Source: Octopus sinensis
Taxonomy: Eukaryota
Direction of reading: 5' to 3'
Length of the DNA: 64,000 nucleotides
Assembly: GCF_006345805.1 (NCBI RefSeq)
Contig: NC_043002.1
Location: 22,816,001 to 22,880,000, forward strand
Position 1 is the first letter of the stretch. Every line of letters begins with the position of its first letter. Both the position numbers and the translations under genes were made by a program. Of this stretch, positions 54,096 to 64,000 are shown in pieces. Under the pieces are notes generated by a model. It worked only from the letters and a program-made list of their open reading frames with translations. It was not told the DNA's origin and ran no database searches.

Positions 54096-55212
54096 GTTTA
54101 TATATTTGTTGTGCAAGATTTTTTATGTGAAGTCGTGTGTTAAAACAGATATTGTTATATTTCGGAATGGTCATTTTGCCAGTTTAGCCAATAAAAACAC
54201 ACGCACTATATATTTGGTGTTACTTTGCTTCAGTGTTATTTATTTTTTACATTAATCTTAATCTTATTTCGGTCAGAGTTCTTTCGTCACACTCCTGTGA
54301 CCGCATCAGTGGTCCTTTGTTTTCTTCTTTCTTATTTGTGTCTCTCCTTACTAACCGTCAGCCATTTTGTATTTCTATTGTATGTCTTCATTTGCGCATG
54401 CTTATTTCTCTCTTTATATAATATAATATATATATATAATGCATGTACGGAATGCCCGAATATTGTTTGGAAATGTAGAGGATAAGCTGTAATTAAGTCA
54501 ACAAGAAAGAGATTTTAAATTTTGCGGCCGAAGATAGAAATTGCTAAATAAATTTCTGAGATTGTTCATCGTAATGTGCACTTTTTCGTCCTGTATACTT
54601 CTTTTGCTTTTTAAACTAAAACAGACGCAAAGGCGCGCGTGCGCACACACACACACACACGACGGCCAAATCTACTGACAAGGCTTTTGTCAGCCCAAGT
54701 CTATAGTAGAAGACACTTGCCCAAGGTGTCTTGCAGTTAGACTGAACCCAGAACTATGCGGTTGGGAAGCAACTATATATATATATATTGGGATATATAT
54801 ATATATATGTATATATATAGCGGAGGCGCAATGGCCCAGTGGTTAGGGCAGCGGACTCGCGGTCGGAGGATCGCGGTTTCGATTCCCAGACCGGGCGTTG
54901 TGAGTGTTTATTGAGCGAAAACACCTAAAAGCTCCACGAGGCTCCGGCAGGGGATGGTAGTGATCCCTGCTGTACACTTTCACCACAACTTTCTCTCACT
55001 CTTACTTCCTGTTTCTGTTGTACCTGTATTTCAAAGGGCCGGCCTTGTCACTCACTGTGTCACGCTGAATATCCCCGAGAACTACGTTAAGGGTACACGT
55101 GTCTGTGGAGTGCTCAGCCACTTACACGTTAATTTCACGAGCAGGCTCTTCCGTTGATTCGGATCAACCGGAACCCTCGTCGTCGTAACCGACGGAGTGC
55201 TTCCATTCCATG

Positions 55213-55304
<92 letters not shown>

Positions 55305-55307
55305 CAC

Positions 55308-55340
<33 letters not shown>

Positions 55341-55591
55341 CATACACACACACACACATACATATATATATACGTATATGTATATACACATGCATATATC
55401 TGAATATATGTACTCTTTTACCCTTTTACTTGTTTCAGTCATTTAACTGCGGCCATGCTGGAGCACCGCCTTCAATCGAGCAAATTGAACTGCCGAACTG
55501 CTAAGCTACGGGGACGTAAACACACCACCAGCGGTTGTCAAGCGATGTTGGGGAGACAAACACAGACACACAAACATATACACACACACAT

Positions 55592-55674
<83 letters not shown>

Positions 55675-56038
55675 CACACGTACGACGGGCTTCGTTCAGT
55701 TTCCGTCTACCACTCACAAGGCTCTGGTCGGCTCGGGGCTATAGTTGAAGATACTTGCCCAAGGTGACACGCAGTGGGACTGAACCCGGAACCATGTGGT
55801 TGGTAAGCAAGCTACTTACCACACAGCCACTCCTACGCCTATGCATGTATATATATATACACAAACATACATATGTCTGTGTGTGTGTGTGTGTGTGTGT
55901 GTGAGTGTGTGTGTGTGTGTGTGTGGTGTGTGTGTGTGTGTGTGTGTGTGTATTGATATATAGCTGAACTATAACTAACACGTTATATTTTGCTATTAAA
56001 ATTAATGCAGCAATTACAAATACCTTATTCCTGTTTAG

Positions 56039-56163
56039 GTGATTGGTCATCCACTTAAGTCCGGATACGCCGTCCAAGTAGTCAATAGGACACGCTACCT
56101 CCGATACTTGTTTCTTTTCCCTAACAATCTTATCATTACTTCAATGACGAAGAAGGGATCGCA
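56039..56163 (+). CDS. BCR/ABR-like gene, exon H (start of PH)
   Basis: cctgtttag|GTG...CA|gtaagt, 125 nt, phase 0 to 2; LKSGYAVQVVNRTRYLRYLFLFPNNLIITSMTKK aligns by eye with BCR [34 protein letters not shown]. Confidence 0.88.
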
Positions 56164-57409
56164 GTAAGTACCCTGTCGACTTTTCACTTCGTAAACTCTA
56201 TGAATTGTAGACCTATTCCACTCGAGAAAAACGCTGTACACTTTAGAATCTGAAAATTGTTGATATTTTGTAAATGAGAACTTATGGCTATGTATGTGTG
56301 TGTGTTTCTGTGTACGCACCCATATGTAGAGAGTGAGAGAGAGAGTGTGAGTGAACAAATCAGGAAATTTCGTTCATAAATTGATTTAGTTATGTCATCT
56401 TATATTTCACGAATAATAATAACAAGGCTTGAAACATTGAAGGAGGAGGCAAGTCGATTACATCTACTCCCAGTACTCAAGTGGAATTTATTTTATCGAC
56501 CCTAAAACTATGACAGGCAAACTCGGTCTCGGCAGAATTTGAACTCAGAACGTAAAGAGGGACGAAATGCCGCTAAGCATTTTTCCCGGCGGGCTAGCGA
56601 TTCTGCCAGCCAGCGGCCTTATAAATGATAATGATAATAACTTCTGTTATATAAGGAAAAAACTTATTGATAGATTACACCATCAAATCTTCAGAAAATC
56701 TGTAACACTAGTTCAATGGCTTTCAAGATTTATAATACAATATAGATAGTTATAATTGTATAAAAAGCCATAATTATTTGAATGTTATTTATGAGTGTTA
56801 GGCAATCTCTTATTTGACATTAATTATGATGTGTTTGCATAATTTGCACCTACAATTAATCATAAACTTTTTACTTATGGAACGGAATTAATTATTATTG
56901 ATGAAATACGTGTAAGACGACGTAAATGAAGAATTCATAGACGAACACACTGTCATTCTATATGTACTTTGTAGTCCTTTTAATTATTAGACCAGTGAAA
57001 AGAGATTTCGACTATAATAGGAATTCTTGCAGATTTCTCTTTTGATGTATCAGGTCATCCCATAAGTTCTGTCCGAATATTGAATAAAGAAAACAAGTGA
57101 TCAAATGTTATATTTAATTGAAATTTAATCATCACTGTACTTTCCTTGATTATCTATGACTTCCTTCCATCTAGTTACAAGCTTTTTAATCCCATCAATG
57201 TAAAATTCTTTTGGCGTCAGAGCCAAGAACTCTGAAATGTCAGTTTCGACCTCCTTCTAGCTTGCCAAAGTTAAGTCCCTCAAATGATTCTGTAAACTAC
57301 GAAACTGTATGTGTGTGTGTGTGTGCGTGTAGACAGAGAAAGAAAGAGAGAATGAGTGATACTGCTACAACGCCTTACGTTTCTGTTTCTGCTTTATCTT
57401 TAACCGTAG

Positions 57410-57477
57410 GGGTGTCTTTTTCGAAAGTATTGATGTTATACGTCTCGGCAAATATATGACCAATGTAGTGAAAAGTG
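57410..57477 (+). CDS. BCR/ABR-like gene, exon I (PH)
   Basis: ctttaaccgtag|G GGT...AGT G|gtaagt, 68 nt, phase 2 to 1: (Q)GVFFESIDVIRLGKYMTNVVKS. Confidence 0.83.
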
Positions 57478-57602
57478 GTAAGTAATGCAGTCACAGAGGA
57501 AGCGGATACCAGCCACTATTATATATGCATACACACACACAGACACGCATATATATGTATATATACAGGCAAATATGATTTAACGTATATATAAGCATGT
57601 AT

Positions 57603-57651
<49 letters not shown>

Positions 57652-57816
57652 GTTTTCTGTGTTCCTTTCTGTAGAAGAGCGTAGGCTCGAAACGTAAAAT
57701 ACTTTTTTCTATTCCTGAGCGTTATACTAATACATCTGTTTGCTTTGTACACCACCTGTCTTTGTCTTTTGTTGTTTTTTTCGTAAACTCTACCTATATA
57801 TATATCTGGGTGTATG

Positions 57817-57850
<34 letters not shown>

Positions 57851-58746
57851 TGTTTGCATGTGTGTATGCATGTATGTTTGTATGTATGTATATATGTATA
57901 ATATATATAATGTATATATTGGGTTGGTGCATAGTTATTGCGGCTTTTTTTCAACAAATTTTATTCAACAAAAACAATAACAATATTTAACAAAAACATT
58001 TTTAAATCACGGTCTGACCGTCTGCCAAGCAAATGGGAAACAGTAATTGAAGTGGATGGTGGATATGCTCCGGAATAATCATTGACAGATGTTTTTGTTA
58101 CATGTTATTGTTTTTGTTGAATAAAATTTGTTGAAAAAAAGCCGCTATATATTTCTTTACTACTCACAAGGAGCTAAACACAGAGGGGAAAAACAAGGAC
58201 AGACAAACGGATTAAGTCGATTACATCGACCCCAGTGCGTAACTGGTACTTAATTTATCGACCCCGAAAGGATGAAAGGCAAAGTCGACCTCGGCGAAAT
58301 TTGAACTCGGAACGTAACGACAGATGAAATACGGCTACGCATTTCGCCCGGCGCGCTAACGTTTCTGCCAGCTCGCCGCCTATTGTATATATGTAAGTGT
58401 GTGTTTATGCATGAATGCGAGTGTGAATGTATACGTGTATGTGTAATACACATAAAGTTTTATATTTCTAAGTATCTACAATATGTAAAACATTTGACAG
58501 TTTGTTTTAGTTTTGAAGAAAATAGTAAATGCTCTATATTTTCTTGCATTCAAGTGATACGCAGCAACATAAAACAACCCGCTTTAAAGAAATGCGCTTT
58601 ATTCAACAATAGGTGCAGGAGTGGATGCGTGGTAAGATGCAATCACACGGTTCCAGGTTCAGTCTCAATGCACGGCACCTTGAGGAAGTATCTTCTACTA
58701 CAGCCTCGAGCTGACCAAAGCCTTGTGAATGGATTTGGTAGACGTG

Positions 58747-58814
<68 letters not shown>

Positions 58815-58839
58815 TGTGTCTGTGTGTGTGTGTGTGTGT

Positions 58840-58893
<54 letters not shown>

Positions 58894-58919
58894 TTGTCCT
58901 CAGCCATCGCTTGACAACC

Positions 58920-59650
58920 AAAAAGTCGGCCTCGGCGAAATTTGAACTCAGAACATAAAGAAAGACGAAATACCTATTTCTTTATTACCCACAAGGGGCT
59001 GAACACAGAGGGGACAAACATGGACAGACATAGGTATTAAGTCGATTATATCGACCCCAGTGCTTAACTGGTACTTAATTTATCGACCCCGAAAGGATGA
59101 AAGGCAAAGTCGACCTCGGCGGAATTTGAACTCACAACGTAACGGCAGACGAAATACCGCTAAGCATTTCGCCCGACGTGCTAACGATTCTGCTAGCTCG
59201 CCGAAATACCGCTAAGCATTTCGTCTGGCGTGCTAACTATTCTTTTCTACTCTAGGCACAAGGCCCTAAATTTGGGGGTGAGGGGAGCAGTCGATTATAT
59301 CGACCCCAGTACGCAACTAGTACTTATCGACCCCGAAATGATGAAAGGCAAAGTCGACCTCAGCGGAATTTGAACTCAGAACCTATAAAGAAAGACGAAA
59401 TACCGTTAAGCATTTCGCCCGGCGTGCTAACGATTCTTTTCTACTCTAGGCACAAGGCCCGAAATTTGGTGGGGTGTGCAGTCGATTATATCGACCCCAG
59501 TATGCAACTAGTACTTAATTTATCGACCCGGAAAGGATGAAAGGCAAAATTGACCTCAGCGGAATTTGAACTCAGAACGTAAAGAAAGACAAAATACCGC
59601 TAAGCATTTCGTCCGGCGTGCTAACGATTCTCCCAGGTCACCGCCTTGCT
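58920..59650 (-). mobile_element. Family A SINE tandem cluster
   Basis: Several overlapping partial units. Confidence 0.8.
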
Positions 59651-59983
59651 AGACGCTAATATCACTTGAACTGAAAGAGCATATCTAATGGAGATGAAGG
59701 GAATATGTAGAATGGGAATATTTTCACCCTTAGCACAACCAGTATGTGTGTGTATGTGTAAGTGTTTGTGTATGTATGTTTGTGTGTGTATGTGTGTGTG
59801 TTTGAGTATTTGTGTGTGTTTATGTGTGTGTGTGTTTGTGTGAATGTATGTGTTTGTGTGTATGTGTTTGTGTGTATATGTTTGTTTGTATTTGTGTTTG
59901 TGTGTGTTTCTATATGTGTGTTTGTGTATGTGTTTGTAACCAATTCTTCACTAAACCTTTTACTATTTTCTCATTCGATATAG

Positions 59984-60090
59984 TGAACAAGAGTGACCAG
60001 ATGTGGCCTGAGGTACAGAGGAATCTCCAATCGTGGAAGACGTATAAACATAGATTAAGAACGGTTGTGGAAAAGCGCGAAAGCACATTT
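59984..60090 (+). CDS. BCR/ABR-like gene, exon J (helical insert in PH)
   Basis: cattcgatatag|TG AAC...TTT|gtgagt, 107 nt, phase 1 to 0: (V)NKSDQMWPEVQRNLQSWKTYKHRLRTVVEKRESTF. Confidence 0.83.
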
Positions 60091-60459
60091 GTGAGTTATG
60101 AAATTTTTGACTCCTATGTCTCAGTAATACTAAAACGCTAGGGATGTTTGTGTGTACCCAAAAAATCTCAGAAATAATATATATCTTATCTTAATTTTTA
60201 TTTTTTTTGCATATTTATTTTCATACTTAACTTCGTGCAGTACGAACTTTCGTGATATTTGGACCTCTATTTAGACGATTAAACACAATTTTTGTTATGA
60301 GTGTTATGGCGTATCAATCAGCACAAACACTTAGTCTTCGCGCTCTCTAAGAAAAAATGCCAACTTTTTGACGTACACAATATTTTAATCATTTAGAAAT
60401 ATTTTTAACTGAATGTGATTTCATCATCCAGAGCTCGTTAATTTCTGTAAAAAAAAATT

Positions 60460-60870
60460 ATTTATTTACTTTTGTTTTAAAGAGAAAGAGGAGAAAGTAA
60501 AAGATATATGTACGTGTATATGTAATGGACGTGTGTGTGTGAGAGAGAGAGAGAGAGAGAAAGAGAAAGAGATATAGAGAAAGAAAAAAGTGAAGAGGTG
60601 TGTTGTCATGTATACGTACATACATCAATATATATGCATACATCTTTTTTTGTATGTACGTGTGCATGTGTGTGTGAGAGAGAGAGAGAGTAAGTGAACC
60701 TATGTGTTCTCATGTATGTGTAAGTGGCACTCTCTCCCCCTCTCTCTCTCTCTCACACACACACTCACACACACACGTCCATTTCATATACACATTCATA
60801 CATCTTTCACTTTTTCCTCTCTTTCACTTTAAAACAAAAGTAACAGGTGATTTTCGGGATAAAAATTGTT
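60460..60870. repeat. Dispersed microsatellite-rich repeat; SINE-free counterpart of ~3005-4960
   Basis: Shares gtgaagaggtgtgttgtcatgtatacgtacatacatcaata and the downstream aagtaacaggtgatttt with the 3-5 kb region, without the SINE. Confidence 0.75.
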
Positions 60871-62952
60871 AAAAAATGCTTCTACTCATGTAAAATTCGC
60901 ACAAAATGTTTTCAGAATTACTGATATGGCCAGGGGGAAAAAGTTTTCAATTTAGTTGTATATAGCATAATTTCATTTGTCATTAGATTTTATTAAATTT
61001 TTATTAGATTTAAGCCCATACTTTTTCTGTAAATCCCACCCTGACATTAAATGAGTAAACTTCCGGTACGAATATTTACGTTTTGTAACTCTCTAAGAAA
61101 AAAAAAAACAATGTCGACAGTTCCAATTAAATAAGTCCAGAAGTTAGGTTAAATATATAAACATGCATAAGTACCATGAATTCCCATTCTACAAACTGGC
61201 AAACGATTCCGTGAATACTTTACCGAGCGACGCTGGATAGTAAGTTTAGTATTTTCTATTAACTTTGAAAGATTTTACATTATATCAAATACTAACACCT
61301 CCTTCGCATTTTCTTGTTTTTCTTCTTTCTTTTAAAAGGCAGAGCTCAGAAACACTGAAGTGGGTCTCTCCTTCTTCATTCACCAGCTGAGTTTTAACGC
61401 CATTCCATGAAACCTCACTTTGATTAATTATTGTACTAATTTCTTCCTATTTCAAACTTTATCCTGTTCCAATTTAAACTTGATATTTTTATTTCATGTC
61501 TCATTACGGTAACATTTTTATGAGGACAACTGATGCTGGGGATGAGAGAGGTGGCAATGGTGGTGGTAGTGGTGGTAATACTGATAGAGTTGTAGTGATG
61601 GCGGTGATAGTGGTTGTAGTAATGTCATGGTGGTGTCAGTGGTGGTGGGGGTGGGGGTCATGCTAATAATGCCATAGAGGTAGTGGGGATGGTATGGATG
61701 GCGATGGTACTTAGCTGTTGTTACCACGATCCGTGTGCACCGTCATGGAACCGACGTGATGACCAACGACGTTCCAACCTTGACCATCAAGTCTTTTCCT
61801 ACATCAGGGATTTACACTTATTGTCTAACGTGTCTTTCTCTTTAAACGGTTAATCCTTTATTACTCAGCTCATTCTGACAAATGTAATAGTAATACTTAT
61901 TTATTCATATGGCTTTGAAATAATCATACATTATCTGAGAGCTTCGAGATTTCAATGACGTGATTGTTTATTTTTAAAATGATATTTCAGGGTGGGGATA
62001 TATGTGAGGCCCGATTGAGTTGTTTGAATACAAAACATGTAGAATATACAGGCCAAGTGAAATCCGTTTAAATACACTAAGATGCAATTTGAGGAATGTA
62101 TGACTATTATTTCTAACAGTTCCCGAGACTGCATTGAGGCCCCCTCGTTGTCTCGTGGCAGTGATTCTTTTATACCAGAAATTCAGAGGCATAGAGGTCA
62201 AGGTTGTACTGTGATTTGATCATAGATCAAACTGATTAGAACTGACAAGGGGTTAAACTTCTTGACCTCTTCGAATTTCTGTTCGAATTTCTTGCATATA
62301 ATGTAAATAGGATTCGTTATATCTGAGATTCAATTATAAGATACGTAATTTTCTTAATCATGGTAGAATATGATTTAAGAGAAATTTGGTTACTATTCCT
62401 AACATATTGGGTAACCGTATGGAGGCTCTCTGTGGCTTGTCGTGTAGTGGTACTTGTCGATTAGTCTCAGTTCAATGGCTGAGCATAACCATAACGATAG
62501 GTATTTCATCTCTGACCGTTGTCTTTTATTCAAGAATAGTTTATTTAAAGTTACATTATTCAGTGTTCTTTTTCTTTAAAACAACGGGCAAAATTTCGAC
62601 AAGATTTGGGTGCTGTTTCTGTAGTAGGCTTAGCAACTTCGCAGTTTTTCTCTCCTTGGGTCGTGAAACAGTGATGTTTTCGGGTACTGATTGTTGTTGA
62701 TATTGTAATTCTTTAGTCACAGATCATCCAATGGCCTTTCAGCTCTGGCCTTTGCGTTGTGTTATCTTACACAATGTGACTTTCATCTTATATTTACGAT
62801 GTTAGGACATAATTTAAAGGAGATTAGCTACTATTGCTAGTAGGTCAGGCGAACGTTTAGAGAAACCTTCGGATGCTAGTGTTGAGTGAAGTGTCGCGGA
62901 TGAACAGAATCACATGACCCTCTTTTATTTTTCTTTGTTTTATACTTCACAG

Positions 62953-63006
62953 ACCCCGTGGTATCTGATGAAAGTCAAGCTGCTCGAACGCCTTATCTCT
63001 AAAAAG
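62953..63006 (+). CDS. BCR/ABR-like gene, exon K
   Basis: Long pyrimidine tract, cttcacag|ACC...AAG|gtgagg, 54 nt, phase 0/0: TPWYLMKVKLLERLISKK. Confidence 0.8.
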
Positions 63007-63137
63007 GTGAGGACAGTTATGAGAGATAATCATATACATATGTAAATAGACTAATAGCTATATATATACATATATATGAACATACATGCTTACATACATA
63101 CATAATACATACATACATACATACATACATACATACA

Positions 63138-63168
<31 letters not shown>

Positions 63169-63284
63169 CGGCTCATCCCATAAATAATGTGTCTTTTTTC
63201 AATTGCATGAACTAAAAGTCGGAGGGGGACGGGATAATATATGTATACATTTATATATACGTATACAAATATACAATGCATATA

Positions 63285-63500
63285 CGAAGAGGTGCTGAAA
63301 AGTTCCTGGCTTTAAGGGTATTGCGAAAGGCCTGACTGGAGGCCCAACCTTCAAGTTCATTTACAGGGCCTAGAAAAACTGAAGAATCACGGCAATAAGT
63401 GTGAAAATCTGAACGGGGAATATGTTGAATAAAATCATAATTAACTGATCCTCCTGTACTTTCTTTTGCCCAAAGCCAGGAACTTTTCGGCATCCCCTCG
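63285..63500. mobile_element. Mariner-type MITE
   Basis: TA-flanked CGAAGAGGTGCTGAAAAGTTCCTGGC / GCCAGGAACTTTTCGGCATCCCCTCG TIRs. Confidence 0.85.
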
Positions 63501-63532
63501 TATACAATCGTATGTGTTCGTATATTCATGTA

Positions 63533-63568
<36 letters not shown>

Positions 63569-63621
63569 GTGTGTGTGTGTGTGCATAACCTTTTTCTCAG
63601 CAGTATTTCTTTATTCCACAG

Positions 63622-63767
63622 GAATTAATGTTGATGCTTCTGCTGCCAACTCTCCGCCTCTCTGTCCAAGACGTGATCAATCATAATGTTTATCACTTTA
63701 TTTTTTCATCCCATTTCGAGTTGGAATCATGGAAAGATCTAATCGAAGATAATAACTACCCTTGTAC
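63622..63767 (+). CDS. BCR/ABR-like gene, exon L (end of PH); gene probably continues beyond the window
   Basis: tattccacag|GAA: ELMLMLLLPTLRLSVQDVINHNVYHFIFSSHFELESWKDLIEDNNYP matches BCR [40 protein letters not shown]. Donor is either gtgagc after 63767 or gtacgt after 63763. Confidence 0.87.
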
Positions 63768-64000
63768 GTGAGCCTTCTTTCGTCTTTCTATTGCATAGCC
63801 CTGGCCTTTATTTCATTATTATTTATTAACACAGACGTGGTTGCGGGCTGGCGCACTCGTTTCCACACTAGACAAAATATTTAGCAGTATTTCTTCCGGT
63901 TCTTTACGTCCCGAGTACAAATCCCGCCGAGGGTAACTTCACCATTCATCCTTTAGGGGTTGATAAATTAAAATACCAGCCAAGTATTGGGGTCGATGTT

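Noticed and set aside
54822-54900. tRNA-like sequence with A and B boxes (also at 45128 and 49453)
   Set aside because: It has no proper acceptor stem and runs into a shared SINE body, so it is a SINE head.
57175-57310. Candidate PH exon (TLKCQFRPPSSL)
   Set aside because: No phase-2 acceptor in that frame; exon 57410-57477 fits both phases with strong sites.
61339-61410. Candidate BCR-like exon AELRNTEVGLSFF... after a strong pyrimidine tract
   Set aside because: It ends in TGA, and exons K and L supply the BCR-aligned sequence. A 21-nt phase 0/0 micro-exon (gtgggt donor) or alternative terminal exon cannot be excluded.

Overview
Repeat-rich, AT-rich animal genomic DNA. The SINE families, mariners, TTAGGG-like tracts and dense microsatellites suggest an Octopus-like coleoid cephalopod (inference, no search run). 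Nearly all long ORFs in the supplied track are microsatellite artefacts. Reading splice sites and intron phases by eye gives three intron-split gene models. (1) A minus-strand gene at ~13.4 kb to <0.6 kb for an uncharacterised protein with a possible death-fold-like segment; its exon chain has one apparent frameshift and one in-frame TGA. (2) A minus-strand divergent PRD-class Q50 homeobox gene at 16.4-19.8 kb, with its homeodomain split at codon 46/47. (3) A plus-strand BCR/ABR-like DH-PH RhoGEF gene, 12 phase-compatible exons from 33.9 kb, running off the right edge. Introns and intergenic DNA hold two near-complete mariners, a gag-only LTR element with a 5-bp TSD, a hAT MITE, foldback MITEs with telomere-like cores and 8-bp TSDs, LINE fragments (APE, RTE-like, RLE), Penelope-like pieces with variant hammerhead-like motifs, perfect hairpins and many tRNA-derived SINEs. 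No rRNA, true tRNA or CRISPR array is supported. All family assignments are from remembered motifs and need database confirmation.
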